A DNA stretch of 64,000 bases from Bacteroidaceae bacterium (GCA_963626755.1 CAVFXN010000003.1:1482-65481), one strand, 5' to 3'. Shown: positions 46,135 through 56,031, counted from the stretch's first letter. The notes: generated by a model not told the origin, from the letters alone. Program-made: numbers and translations.

Positions 46135-48564
46135 TTATTTCATACCTTCTTCCATTTCTGTTACATCACGGAGGATCGTATCCACGATTCCTCTTGCCGT
46201 GTAAGTCGTGGCGGTCTTTTCCACCGTCAGTCCCAGTTTTTCTGCGGTTTTGGTGGTCACCGGCCCAATGCTGATATATTTTCCTTTCACTGCTTCCAGG
46301 TCTCCGACCATGGAAACAAAGGCGCGAACAGCACTGGAGCTGGCAAATGTAATATAATCCACCATCTTCACAAGCCGTTTTAATTCCTCTGCTTTTCTCT
46401 CGTCTGTTACCGTATGGTACAAAGCAACGCATGTGTGTGCGATTCCTGCTTTCGAGAGGGCATCCGGCAATACCTGGTTGGCTTCCTCCGCCCGCAGTAA
46501 GAGTATTTTTTCCCCTTTTTGGATATGAGGGATGATCGCCTTTGCCATATCCTCGGAAGAATAGGCAGTCGGAATAAAATCACAGAAAATCCCATGGTTT
46601 TCCAGTGCGGTCCTCGTCCCATCTCCGATTACGGCAAACCGGATATGGGACAGTGTCCGGATATCTTTCCGGCTTTCTTTTAATTTTTCAAAGAAATATT
46701 CCACGCCATTGGCACTGGTAAATACAATCCACTGGTATTCGCCAAGCGTTCCCAATGCCTGATCCCATTCCGGGCCATCCAGTTTCTGCGTCCGAATCAG
46801 GCTGAAGGAAATGGCTTCCGCTCCCTCTTCTTTCAAGAGGGGGGATAAACGTCTGACCATAGAAGGACTTCCCGTTACCAGTACACGTTTCCCGGATAAT
46901 GGCTTATGCCCATACCAGTCCAATGTCTGTCGAAGGCCGACTACCTCACCGACAATCGTGATCGCCGGGGTCTGTATTCCCTGTTTTCTGACTTCTTCGA
47001 CAATATTCGCAAGGGTTCCCGTCGCCACTTTTTGTCTGGCAGTCGTCCCTTCCTGCAGCACGCCGACCGGTGTGGCCGGGTCTTTTCCGTTTTCGATTAA
47101 AGAAGAAACAATATTCGGAAGATTTTTCAATCCCATAAGGAAAACCAGGGTTCCCTCTTCTTTGGCCAGCGTCTCATAATTGAGTACACTCTTGCCGTGT
47201 TTATGGTTCCCTTCATGTCCGGTAATGACATGGAATGAAGAGGCAAAATCTCTGTGGGTGACCGGGATACCGCAGTAAGCCGGTACGGAATAGGAGGAAG
47301 AAATTCCCGGAACCACTTCAAAATCAATTCCTGCTTTTCGAAGTTCCTCCCCTTCTTCTCCGCCTCTGCCAAAAATATAAGGGTCTCCGCCTTTTAAGCG
47401 GACAACCTTTTTCCCTTCGCGGGCCAGCTTCACCAGAAGTTCATTCGTCTCATATTGTTTTAAATAATGGTGGGAGGATCGCTTTCCTGCATAAATGAGT
47501 TCGGCATCATCCCGGACTTCATTTAATAAAGAGCTGGACGCCAAGTTATCATAGACGACCGCATCCGCCTCCCTTAACAACGAAAGCCCCTTTCTTGTGA
47601 GTAAGTCCTCATCTCCCGGACCTGCCCCGACAAGATATACTTTCCCGGGATTGACTGCCCTTGCCGCCAAAATGCCAAGCTTTTTGGCCTGTTCCACCAT
47701 CGCTTTCTCATCCTTCCCCGTCAGGAGGAGGCTCCGGACCGCTTTTTTGCTGTGTACCCCGTCTTTGACGTACATGGCGTGAATGGATAGCGTTCCTTCT
47801 TCTTCCCTGCACAATGCGGCTGCCGGCGCATTACAGCTACCCCCGATTGTCTTTAAGAAAGCCCTCTCTGCCGTCAGCAGCCGTTTGGCCTGACTGCAGT
47901 GGATCTTTTCCAGAATCTGTGCCATTTCTTCATCTTCCGTCCGGCTTTCCACCGCTAAAATTCCCTGCCCGGCTGCCGGTAAAAACTGCTCCGGATCAAG
48001 ATACTGGTAATAAAGTCCCTCTTCCTTTTCATAACCGAGCCGCTCAATCCCGGCTGCCGCCAGGATAATGCCGTCATATTGTCCTTCCCGAAGCTTCCGG
48101 ATCCTCGTCTGTACATTGCCCCGGAGCATCCGGATGCACACATGAGGATTTTTCTCCTTAATCAACAGCTCCCGCCGCAGGGAACTGGTTCCCACCACGC
48201 TTCCTGCTTCCAGCTCTTCGAGCTTTTTGCCGGTTGTCGAGACAAAAACATCTCTCACATCAGCGCGTTCTAGCACTGCCCCGATTCCCAGCCCCTCTGG
48301 AAAATCCATTGGCATGTCTTTTGCGCTGTGCACGGCGATATCTACCGTGCCTGCTAAAAGTTCCGCTTCCAGTTCCGCCGTAAATACGCCTTTTCCTCCA
48401 AAAGAAGTCAGGGATTTATCAAGAATCTGGTCGCCCTTCGTCTCAATCTTTACAATCTCAATCTCCATATCCGGAAATGCTTCCTGGATTTTGTTTTTTA
48501 CCATGTCGGTCTGTATGAGGGCCAGCTTGCTTTTTCTTGTCCCAATTCTGATGCGTTTTCTCAT
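46135..48564 (-). CDS. hemC-cobA-hemD: Triple fusion: hydroxymethylbilane synthase, uroporphyrinogen-III C-methyltransferase and uroporphyrinogen-III synthase
   Basis: IGTRKSKLA, VHSAKD, GTSSLRR, GGSC (HemC); VGAGPGD, RLKGGDP (SUMT); FTSANGV, FASSSAV, SIGPVT (HemD); one open frame of 809 aa. Confidence 0.92.
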   Translation of the reverse strand: MRKRIRIGTRKSKLALIQTDMVKNKIQEAFPDMEIEIVKIETKGDQILDKSLTSFGGKGVFTAELEAELLAGTVDIAVHSAKDMPMDFPEGLGIGAVLERADVRDVFVSTTGKKLEELEAGSVVGTSSLRRELLIKEKNPHVCIRMLRGNVQTRIRKLREGQYDGIILAAAGIERLGYEKEEGLYYQYLDPEQFLPAAGQGILAVESRTEDEEMAQILEKIHCSQAKRLLTAERAFLKTIGGSCNAPAAALCREEEGTLSIHAMYVKDGVHSKKAVRSLLLTGKDEKAMVEQAKKLGILAARAVNPGKVYLVGAGPGDEDLLTRKGLSLLREADAVVYDNLASSSLLNEVRDDAELIYAGKRSSHHYLKQYETNELLVKLAREGKKVVRLKGGDPYIFGRGGEEGEELRKAGIDFEVVPGISSSYSVPAYCGIPVTHRDFASSFHVITGHEGNHKHGKSVLNYETLAKEEGTLVFLMGLKNLPNIVSSLIENGKDPATPVGVLQEGTTARQKVATGTLANIVEEVRKQGIQTPAITIVGEVVGLRQTLDWYGHKPLSGKRVLVTGSPSMVRRLSPLLKEEGAEAISFSLIRTQKLDGPEWDQALGTLGEYQWIVFTSANGVEYFFEKLKESRKDIRTLSHIRFAVIGDGTRTALENHGIFCDFIPTAYSSEDMAKAIIPHIQKGEKILLLRAEEANQVLPDALSKAGIAHTCVALYHTVTDERKAEELKRLVKMVDYITFASSSAVRAFVSMVGDLEAVKGKYISIGPVTTKTAEKLGLTVEKTATTYTARGIVDTILRDVTEMEEGMK

Positions 48565-48576
48565 GATTTCCTCCGC

Positions 48577-49332
48577 CTATTCCACGTTTGCAAAACCATA
48601 TTTATCTTCATATCCCCTCGGGGTAATCATCTTTCCATCCCTGACATAGGTATTGGAATTTCCGATAATCACAATGCTGAACATATCGATGGCAGCATCT
48701 TTTACTTCACCTAAAGTAGTGATATAGGAAGATTCCTCTTTTCGCCCGGCATGGCGTACCACACCGACCGGTGTCTCTTTTCCACGGTATTTCATCAAAA
48801 TATCCGCTGCCTTTTCTACATAATCCACCCGCTTTTTGCTCTTAGGATTATACAGACAGACAATAAAATCGCCCTGTCCTGCACAGTCCACCCTCTTCAT
48901 GATCAGTGAATATGGCGTCATCAGGTCACTCAGGCTGATGACGGTAAAATCATGCATAAGCGGCGCACCGAGCACCGATGCGGCTGCACTTGCCGCTGTG
49001 ACCCCCGGAACGGTTTCGATTTCGATCTCTGCCTTTTTTTCATTGGCGATTTCTAAGAGGATTCCTGCCATTCCATAAATTCCGCTGTCACCGGAGCTGA
49101 CCATGGCTACGGTTTTCCCCTCCGATGCCAGATCCACGGCCATACGGCACCGGTCCATCTCCTTTGTCATCGGAGTTGCCATATATTCTTTCTCCGGAAA
49201 AAGTGGTTTCAGCATATCCACATACGTGGTATATCCTGTAATCACATCCGCATTTTTTATCACATCAATTGCTTTTGCTGTCATATGTTCATAGCCGCCC
49301 GGCCCGAACCCAACCGCATATAATTTACCCAT
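48577..49332 (-). CDS. cbiH: Cobalt-precorrin-3B C17-methyltransferase
   Basis: SSGDSGIYGMAG, GAPLMHDF, SLSDL and TPRGY motifs; start moved to 49332. Confidence 0.93.
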   Translation of the reverse strand: MGKLYAVGFGPGGYEHMTAKAIDVIKNADVITGYTTYVDMLKPLFPEKEYMATPMTKEMDRCRMAVDLASEGKTVAMVSSGDSGIYGMAGILLEIANEKKAEIEIETVPGVTAASAAASVLGAPLMHDFTVISLSDLMTPYSLIMKRVDCAGQGDFIVCLYNPKSKKRVDYVEKAADILMKYRGKETPVGVVRHAGRKEESSYITTLGEVKDAAIDMFSIVIIGNSNTYVRDGKMITPRGYEDKYGFANVE

Positions 49333-49368
49333 TATTGCCTCCTGTCTTCTCTTCAACAGATGATCTGT

Positions 49369-49494
49369 CCTGCTATCCTTGCCATGGATCTACTATCCTT
49401 GTCATGACTTCGATGGCAATCAGCACGGTTGCTGTCTGCCTTCTCTGTACCAAATCACATGACCTGCTATCCTTGTCATGATTTCGATGACAAG
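49369..49494. repeat. Three copies of a short palindromic (REP-like) unit between hemA and cbiH
   Basis: CTATCCTTGYCATG at about 49369-49386, 49390-49419 and 49463-49494; the last two extend into TTGTCAT-N7-ATGRCAA hairpins. Confidence 0.8.
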
Positions 49495-50673
49495 TTAATG
49501 ATTTAAACACCGGAAAAAGGTCTCCAGATCTTCCGGTGAATTATTTTCGCGAACCCAGTAAAAAAGGTGGTCGAATGCTTTTTCCACCCCTTTATTTTCC
49601 GTTACTTCCATGAACGTCTCCCGGACTTTTCCCATGACGGACAAAGATTTCTGGAATACCATCCACTGTTCAAACTGCAGTTCATATTCTCCAAGGATCC
49701 CGGAAGCTGCCTCTGCTTCCTGCAGTTTTTTCTGATTATTTTGTCTGGCAATCCTGGTAAAATCATCAATATTATAATAGCAGGTGTCCGGAACCGTGCC
49801 AATCTTCGCCTCAATATCCATCGGAACCGCCAGGTCAATAAAGACTCGCTTCTTCGGAGTCACCAGGTTCTTTTTCATTTTATTGTAGATCAGCGTATAA
49901 TGGGGACTGGAAGTGGCACTGATGATCACATCCATCTCGTCAAGATGTTCATATCTGTCCCCATATCCAATGATAGAAAAGTCTGTATTCCCATGTTTGG
50001 TAGAAATTAACGTATTTTTTCTTGTTGTCACATAGATATCTGCCTGATGCAGTGACTGAAGATTCATCAGGACAATCCCGCCAATTCGCCCGGACGCCCC
50101 GATGATCAGAATCTTTTTCCCTTTTAATGTACCCAGCTCTTCTTCCGCCGTCTTTACTGTCAGTGTGGCAGTAGAGACCGATGTTTTGGAAAGAGCGGTT
50201 TCCGTCTTTACTTTTTTGGCACTGGTCACGGCCATGCGGAAAAAGGTATTTAAATAGACTCCGGTTGTCCCTGTTTCCTGTGCCTGTTTATGTGCCGTCT
50301 TCACCTGTCCCAAAATCTGGTCTTCGCCGATGACCATGGAATCCAGACCCGCCGCCACCAAAAACAGATGGTGGATCGCTTTTCCTCCATGGTAAAACAG
50401 CAGATAATTTCCAATCTCCTCTTCTTCCTGTGCGCCAGCTTCTTTTAAGAGAACCTCTTCCATCAGACCAAATACCAAACCCTTGCTTTCCGAATCAGAA
50501 TATACATACATTTCTGTCCGGTTACAGGTGGAGAGTACGATACATTCTGCGATTTCCGGATGTGTTACCATCTCTTCCATCAGATGCTTTTGCTGTTCCT
50601 GTGTAAAAGCAAACATTTCTCTTACATGAAGCGGTGCAATTTTATGACTGATACTGATTATCTGTATACCCAT
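49495..50673 (-). CDS. hemA: Glutamyl-tRNA reductase
   Basis: STCNRTE, GLDSMVIGEDQILGQVK and DLAVP motifs. Confidence 0.95.
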   Translation of the reverse strand: MGIQIISISHKIAPLHVREMFAFTQEQQKHLMEEMVTHPEIAECIVLSTCNRTEMYVYSDSESKGLVFGLMEEVLLKEAGAQEEEEIGNYLLFYHGGKAIHHLFLVAAGLDSMVIGEDQILGQVKTAHKQAQETGTTGVYLNTFFRMAVTSAKKVKTETALSKTSVSTATLTVKTAEEELGTLKGKKILIIGASGRIGGIVLMNLQSLHQADIYVTTRKNTLISTKHGNTDFSIIGYGDRYEHLDEMDVIISATSSPHYTLIYNKMKKNLVTPKKRVFIDLAVPMDIEAKIGTVPDTCYYNIDDFTRIARQNNQKKLQEAEAASGILGEYELQFEQWMVFQKSLSVMGKVRETFMEVTENKGVEKAFDHLFYWVRENNSPEDLETFFRCLNH

Positions 50674-50703
50674 TCCATTCCTCCAGCAAAATGACGCGGC
50701 TTT

Positions 50704-51456
50704 TTACTCTTTTGCCTGTCTAAATTCATGTGTAAATGTTTTATCATAAAGCCTGGACAGCTCATACTCATCCCCAAGGAAATCTCCCACAACCGTCAGT
50801 GCAGTCTTGGTGATCCCTGCTTCTTTTACCTTCTGTGCAATATCTTGCAGTGTTCCGATGACAATCTTCTGGTCTTCCCAAGATGCTTTATATACAACGG
50901 CTGCCGGAGTATCCTCCCGATACTCTTCCCGGAGCGTTTCGGCCAGCTGCCCGATCATCCCCACACTCAGGAAAATGATCATGGTCGAATTATGTTTGGC
51001 CAGATCCCGCAATTTTTCTTTCGGCGGCATCGGTGTCCTGCCTTCCATTCTGGTTAAAATGACGGTCTGGGATACGCCCGGAAGCGTATATTCTTTCTTC
51101 AGTGCTGCCGCAGTTGCCAAAAACGAGCTGACACCCGGGATCACATCATAATCAATTCCCAGCCGGGACAGGGCATCCATCTGTTCCCTGTGTGCCCCGA
51201 AAACCGCCGGGTCCCCTGTGTGGACCCTGGCAGTCATCTTGCCTTCCGCTTCTGCCTTTTTCATCACTTCCAGAACTTCCTCCAGTGTCATAGAAGCACT
51301 GTTATAAATCTCTGCGCCTTCCTTCGCCCCGGCGAGAACTTCCCTGTTCACCAGGGAACCCGCATAGATGATGACATCTGCCTGGTCGATCAGTTTCTTT
51401 CCTTTAATTGTCAGTAATTCCGGGTCCCCGGGACCTGCTCCGATAAAATGTACCAT
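50704..51456 (-). CDS. cbiF: Cobalt-precorrin-4 C11-methyltransferase
   Basis: MVHFIGAGPGD, YAGSLV, RVHTGDP and SRLYD motifs; start moved to ATG 51456. Confidence 0.95.
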   Translation of the reverse strand: MVHFIGAGPGDPELLTIKGKKLIDQADVIIYAGSLVNREVLAGAKEGAEIYNSASMTLEEVLEVMKKAEAEGKMTARVHTGDPAVFGAHREQMDALSRLGIDYDVIPGVSSFLATAAALKKEYTLPGVSQTVILTRMEGRTPMPPKEKLRDLAKHNSTMIIFLSVGMIGQLAETLREEYREDTPAAVVYKASWEDQKIVIGTLQDIAQKVKEAGITKTALTVVGDFLGDEYELSRLYDKTFTHEFRQAKE

Positions 51457-51493
51457 GACTCTCTCCTTCTTTTTCCGTATTCTTTCCGTGTCA

Positions 51494-52765
51494 TCAATTG
51501 GTGAGTACTTCGATCGTTCTGTCGATATCCGCATCGGAATGGGCTCCGGAAACAAACATCGCCTCAAACTGGGATGGTGCCACATAGATTCCATGTTCCA
51601 ACATGTAGTTAAAATACTGGGCATATGCTTCGGTATCCGATGACACCGCTCCCTCATAATCATTGACCTGTTCCTTGGTAAAGAAGGCACTCATCAGTGA
51701 ACCAATCTGGTTGACGTGGAGGGATAACCCGTATTTCTGTGCCCGTACCTTATATGCTTCCGCCAGCTTTTTCGTGTTGGCCTCAATTTTCGTATAAATT
51801 TCCGGATGGTCTCTTAACAGTTCAATGGTCTTGATTCCTGCCGTTGTGGCGATGGGATTGCCGGAAAGGGTTCCTGCCTGGTAGACCTTGCCTTCCGGTG
51901 CCACATTTTTCATAATGTCTTTCCGCCCGCCATACACGGCCATCGGCATACCCCCGCCGACAATCTTTCCGAGGGTGGTCATATCCGGCTTCACACCAAA
52001 CCACTGCTGGGCACCGCCAATTCCCAGGCGGAATCCGGTAATGACTTCATCAAAGATCAGTACGGTTCCGTTTTCCTGGGTGATCTCCCTTAAAAATGGA
52101 AGAAAATCATCTTCCGGTATCACCACGCCCATATTGGCAGCGACCGGCTCTACAATCACAGCGGCAATCTGGTCTTTATTATTATCAAACAGCTCCCTTA
52201 CCGAGTCTTTATCATTATAGAGGGCAACCAGCGTCTGTTGGGCAAACGATGCCGGAACACCGCTGCTGTCCGGTACCGACTGTGTCAGTGCCGCTGACCC
52301 GGCCTGCACTAAAAGTCCGTCCGAATGTCCATGATAACAGCCCTTGCATTTGATAATCTTATCTCTGCCGGTATATCCCCTGGCCGCACGGATCGCACTC
52401 ATCGTGGCTTCTGTCCCGGAATTCACCATACGCATCATTTCCATAGACGGCATACAGTCCCTGATCATCTGTGCCAGCACATTCTCCTTTCCGGTTGGCG
52501 CACCGAAGGTCAGACCGTCAAAACAGGCCTTTACTACGGCTTCGATGACTTCCGGATGGGCATGTCCTAAAATGCCCGGTCCCCAGGAGCAGACATAATC
52601 AATGAACGAATTTCCATCCACATCATAAATATAAGCTCCTTTGGCGTGATCTATAAAAAGCGGGTTCCTTCCCACCGCCCTGAATGCCCTGACCGGAGAA
52701 TTCACCCCTCCTGGCATCAGGTCCAGTGCTGTCTTGTATAATTCTTCTGATTTTGCTGTGTTCAT
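51494..52765 (-). CDS. hemL: Glutamate-1-semialdehyde 2,1-aminomutase
   Basis: PGGVNSPVRAF, SGTEA, FDEVITGFR, LGKIVGGG and QAGTLSGNP motifs; AAGGAGG RBS before ATG 52765. Confidence 0.96.
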   Translation of the reverse strand: MNTAKSEELYKTALDLMPGGVNSPVRAFRAVGRNPLFIDHAKGAYIYDVDGNSFIDYVCSWGPGILGHAHPEVIEAVVKACFDGLTFGAPTGKENVLAQMIRDCMPSMEMMRMVNSGTEATMSAIRAARGYTGRDKIIKCKGCYHGHSDGLLVQAGSAALTQSVPDSSGVPASFAQQTLVALYNDKDSVRELFDNNKDQIAAVIVEPVAANMGVVIPEDDFLPFLREITQENGTVLIFDEVITGFRLGIGGAQQWFGVKPDMTTLGKIVGGGMPMAVYGGRKDIMKNVAPEGKVYQAGTLSGNPIATTAGIKTIELLRDHPEIYTKIEANTKKLAEAYKVRAQKYGLSLHVNQIGSLMSAFFTKEQVNDYEGAVSSDTEAYAQYFNYMLEHGIYVAPSQFEAMFVSGAHSDADIDRTIEVLTN

Positions 52766-52844
52766 TCCCTGCCTCCTTACATGAGAACTATGTATGATTG
52801 CTGTTTTTTCTTTCAGAAAATCCTTGGATAAGCTCTTGTGTTCG

Positions 52845-52873
52845 ATTATATCATGAATTACTTTCCTTCTAAA
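52845..52873 (-). promoter_or_regulatory. Promoter of the hemL-hemB cobamide operon
   Basis: TTTAGA-N17-TATAAT with extended TG, about 80 bp upstream of the hemL start. Confidence 0.6.
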
Positions 52874-53096
52874 GATAGTTTTCTGGAAAAGAATGCAATA
52901 AAATACCTTTTCCACACGGAACATTTTGTTAATTCGTTTTGTTCCGTCAAAATCACCATATTATTTGTGCGGATTTTTACAAGTTCATATATTCCAAGTA
53001 TAAAAAACTGCACACTTTTTCTCAAAATGGATTTATGCTATACTGTTTCTACAGTGATCTGAACATGAATCTACTCATCAAGAAAGGATTTTTCCC

Positions 53097-54227
53097 ATGA
53101 ATACAGCTTATTTTTATTTAACGGAAGAAGGGGAAGCACTTGTCAAAGCACTGGCTGCCCGCCATCCCGGGGATATTTACCCTAAGGAACATTTCAAAGA
53201 ACACCTGCAAAAAGCCTTTGTAACTTACGATTCCCTGGTCTGTGTCATGGCAGCAGGCATCGTTGTCCGCATCCTCGCCCCTCTCATCGAGCACAAGACA
53301 AGCGACCCGGCGGTTGTGGTTTTAGACCAGAAAGGGCAGTATGTAATCAGCCTGCTTTCCGGTCACCTTGGCGGTGCCAACGATCTAGCAAGGGAGCTGG
53401 CCGCGATTTGCGGTGGGGAAGCCGTTATCACCACTGCGACCGATGTGGCAGGCGAATTATCTTTTGATACCTTCGCGAAAGCCCATCATATGGCCATCGA
53501 AAATATCGGTCAGCTGAAATTCATTAGCAGTGCCCTCCTTTCCGGCCAAAAAGTGCGGGTGTTTACGGATAACAATGTGGAAGCTGCCTATCCGGAATTA
53601 AAAAAAGAGCAGGAACGGGGCAAACTAGATATTCTGCCGCTTCCTTCTCTTTTGGAATGTGTTCCCGATACGGTTTCCCAACCCGTTGACGAAGACCACT
53701 TCGCAGGTCGTCCGGAAGATATTCTCTCGAACGAGAATACGAAAATGCGAAAAGAAGATTCGCCGATTGTCGTGATTGATGAAGGTTTTTCCTTCCCGGA
53801 CTCCTGCCCTCCTTCTGCTCCCGTCCTCTATCTGCGGCCCCGAACGATCTGCGCCGGCATCGGATGCAAGCGGAATATGGATCAGGCATCGATTGAAGCG
53901 GCTCTCCTTCAGACATTAAAAAAAGAAGGGATCCATCCCCTCTCTTTACAATGTATTGCGACCATTCCTTTAAAATCCAACGAACCGGGGATTATCGGAA
54001 CTGCTTCCCGTCTCCGCGTCCCGCTAAAAATTATCCCAACCGAAGACATCAAGGCCCTTGACATTACCGACCTGGGCATTGCTTCTTCTGAATTTGTTGC
54101 CCAGCAGACCGGTGTCCCATCTGTCTCCACTGCCTGCTCCTATCTGGCATCCGGCAGTGGACAGATCCTTAGGGATAAAGTGAAATATAAAGGAATCACT
54201 ATCGCATTATCCAAAACGACGGTATGA
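53097..54227 (+). CDS. cbiG: Cobalt-precorrin-5A hydrolase
   Basis: GIVVR, DPAVVV, LLSGHLGGAN, ITTATD and GIGCKR motifs. Confidence 0.93.
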   Translation: MNTAYFYLTEEGEALVKALAARHPGDIYPKEHFKEHLQKAFVTYDSLVCVMAAGIVVRILAPLIEHKTSDPAVVVLDQKGQYVISLLSGHLGGANDLARELAAICGGEAVITTATDVAGELSFDTFAKAHHMAIENIGQLKFISSALLSGQKVRVFTDNNVEAAYPELKKEQERGKLDILPLPSLLECVPDTVSQPVDEDHFAGRPEDILSNENTKMRKEDSPIVVIDEGFSFPDSCPPSAPVLYLRPRTICAGIGCKRNMDQASIEAALLQTLKKEGIHPLSLQCIATIPLKSNEPGIIGTASRLRVPLKIIPTEDIKALDITDLGIASSEFVAQQTGVPSVSTACSYLASGSGQILRDKVKYKGITIALSKTTV

Positions 54228-54229
54228 AG

Positions 54230-54378
54230 CCTCCACAACCATGCGGTGCGTAGTGATCCGATAGGCACTTGCAGGTGATACCCGGCGAAACCTCCACGCC
54301 TATGCGCTGCGTAGGAATCCGGTAAGCACTTGCAGGTGATACCCGGCGTAGCCTCTATGACCATACGGTGCGCAGCTC
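54230..54378. repeat. About 2.5 tandem copies of a 61-bp unit between convergent cbiG and hisA
   Basis: Units start at 54230, 54291 and 54352; exact 23-bp core GCACTTGCAGGTGATACCCGGCG at 54265 and 54326. Confidence 0.85.
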
Positions 54379-54415
54379 CTACGGACATAATGCTCTTCCA
54401 AGATGTATCGAAGAT

Positions 54416-55195
54416 CTATTGCTTTTGGATTTCTTCTAATACTTTCTGAAAGCTCATTGCCCCGCCGAATAAATCCAGGGCACTGCCGATGGTCACATCC
54501 ACCTTGTTTTGGCCGAGCACTTTCAATTTTCTAAGATCGGCAAAGGATCCCACACCACCGGCATACGTTACCGGAATGCCATCCCATCTGCCAAGGAGTG
54601 CTGCGACTTCTTCCTCAATCCCTCCCGATTTTCCTTCCACATCTACGGCATGGATCAGGAACTCGTCGCAGTATCCGGCCAGCTCTGACAGCACTTTCTC
54701 ATCGAGCCGGACTTCCGTAAATTTCTGCCACCGATCCGTTACAATGTAATAATCCCTGTCCCGTTTCCGGCAGCTCAAATCCAGCACCAGCCTCTTTTTG
54801 CCCGTTACCGCAGCGATTTTCCGAAGATTTTCATAATGGATCTTTCCTTCCCGAAATACGTAGGATGTCACAATAATATGGGAGGCTCCTTTTTCCAGGA
54901 AAAAAGAAGCATTTTCCGCAGTCATTCCTCCTCCGATCTGCAAACCTCCCGGATAGGCTTCCAGTGCCAGACAGGCCTGTCTCACGTCTTCCTCATAATA
55001 TTGGCTTCCCACCGGATTCAGGAGGATGATATGGCCGCCGGAAAGCCCGACATCCCGATAGAGCCCGGCATAAAAATCTCCTTCTTTTTCGGAGACAAAA
55101 TTATCCCTGGCATAATCTCCCTGGTCCAAAAGACTTCCTCCTACAATTTGCTTGACTTTTCCATTGTGAATATCAATACAGGGCCGAAACCGCAT
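54416..55195 (-). CDS. hisA: ProFAR isomerase, His6/eukaryote-like type
   Basis: MRFRPCIDIHNGKVKQIVG, LVLDLSCR, DRWQ and HAVDVEG motifs. Confidence 0.9.
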   Translation of the reverse strand: MRFRPCIDIHNGKVKQIVGGSLLDQGDYARDNFVSEKEGDFYAGLYRDVGLSGGHIILLNPVGSQYYEEDVRQACLALEAYPGGLQIGGGMTAENASFFLEKGASHIIVTSYVFREGKIHYENLRKIAAVTGKKRLVLDLSCRKRDRDYYIVTDRWQKFTEVRLDEKVLSELAGYCDEFLIHAVDVEGKSGGIEEEVAALLGRWDGIPVTYAGGVGSFADLRKLKVLGQNKVDVTIGSALDLFGGAMSFQKVLEEIQKQ

Positions 55196-55221
55196 ATACA
55201 CTCCTTCCTGCTATCTCTGGG

Positions 55222-56031
55222 CTATACTAATTCGATGATTTCTCTGTCATAAGGAATATACAGCTTTCCTTTAAAATATTCTTTCGCTTCTTTTTTATAA
55301 AGCGACTTCCTTCTTCGGATATTTTTATCCTCCGTATGCCATAACAGCAGATTCTTCACTTCCAGCTTCTGTGCCAGCTGCGCACTGTCTTTCACTGTAC
55401 TGTGATGTTTTTCATATGGCTTAAACTCATCCCTCTCACTGTAAAGACAGAAGGCTTCATGTAAGAAATAATCTGCCTGATAAGCATATGCAAAACAGTG
55501 GTCCTTGTACGGCTCATCTCCACAAAATGTCAGTTTTTTCCCATTATGCAAGGTGGTGGTAAACCCAAACTGACGGGCCTTTGTCGAGCGGATATCAAAA
55601 AATTTTATTTTGTAATCCAGAATCTGCCTCTCTTCCCCATCCTGCACCGGACAAAGCAAAATCCTCTGACCGATCAGATCTATGGTTTTTTTGACAAGAG
55701 TCAGCTCGCAGATCGTCATCAGCACGTTTACCAGGCCATCATGGCAATAAATCGTGCAGTTGCCTTCATAATTGCCCTTCTGCATTTCCAAGGCAATCAT
55801 CCGGATCATCCAGATCATTCCCAAAAGGTGATCCGTATGTTCATGTGTCAGAAAAATTTCATGGATCTCTGTCAGTGGAACCCCCATCTTTTCAAGCTGG
55901 GTAAGGATTCCATTGCCCCCACCGGCATCTACCATAAAATATCTTCCTTTTTCATCCTGAATCAGAAAACAGGTATTAAAGCATTTTGTTACCGATGCAT
56001 TTCCTGTTCCAAGTACCATTAATTTCTCCAT
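55222..56031 (-). CDS. MBL-fold hydrolase, RNase Z-like
   Basis: LGTG, THEHTDH, GD, HEA, HHST and WH motifs; start moved to ATG 56031. Confidence 0.85.
   Translation of the reverse strand: MEKLMVLGTGNASVTKCFNTCFLIQDEKGRYFMVDAGGGNGILTQLEKMGVPLTEIHEIFLTHEHTDHLLGMIWMIRMIALEMQKGNYEGNCTIYCHDGLVNVLMTICELTLVKKTIDLIGQRILLCPVQDGEERQILDYKIKFFDIRSTKARQFGFTTTLHNGKKLTFCGDEPYKDHCFAYAYQADYFLHEAFCLYSERDEFKPYEKHHSTVKDSAQLAQKLEVKNLLLWHTEDKNIRRRKSLYKKEAKEYFKGKLYIPYDREIIELV

Noticed and set aside
52766..53096. Cobalamin riboswitch
   Set aside because: No B12-box-like sequence or GC-rich stems, and the leader is too short.
54230..54378. CRISPR-like repeat-spacer pattern
   Set aside because: The sequences between the cores are similar to each other, so it is a tandem repeat.
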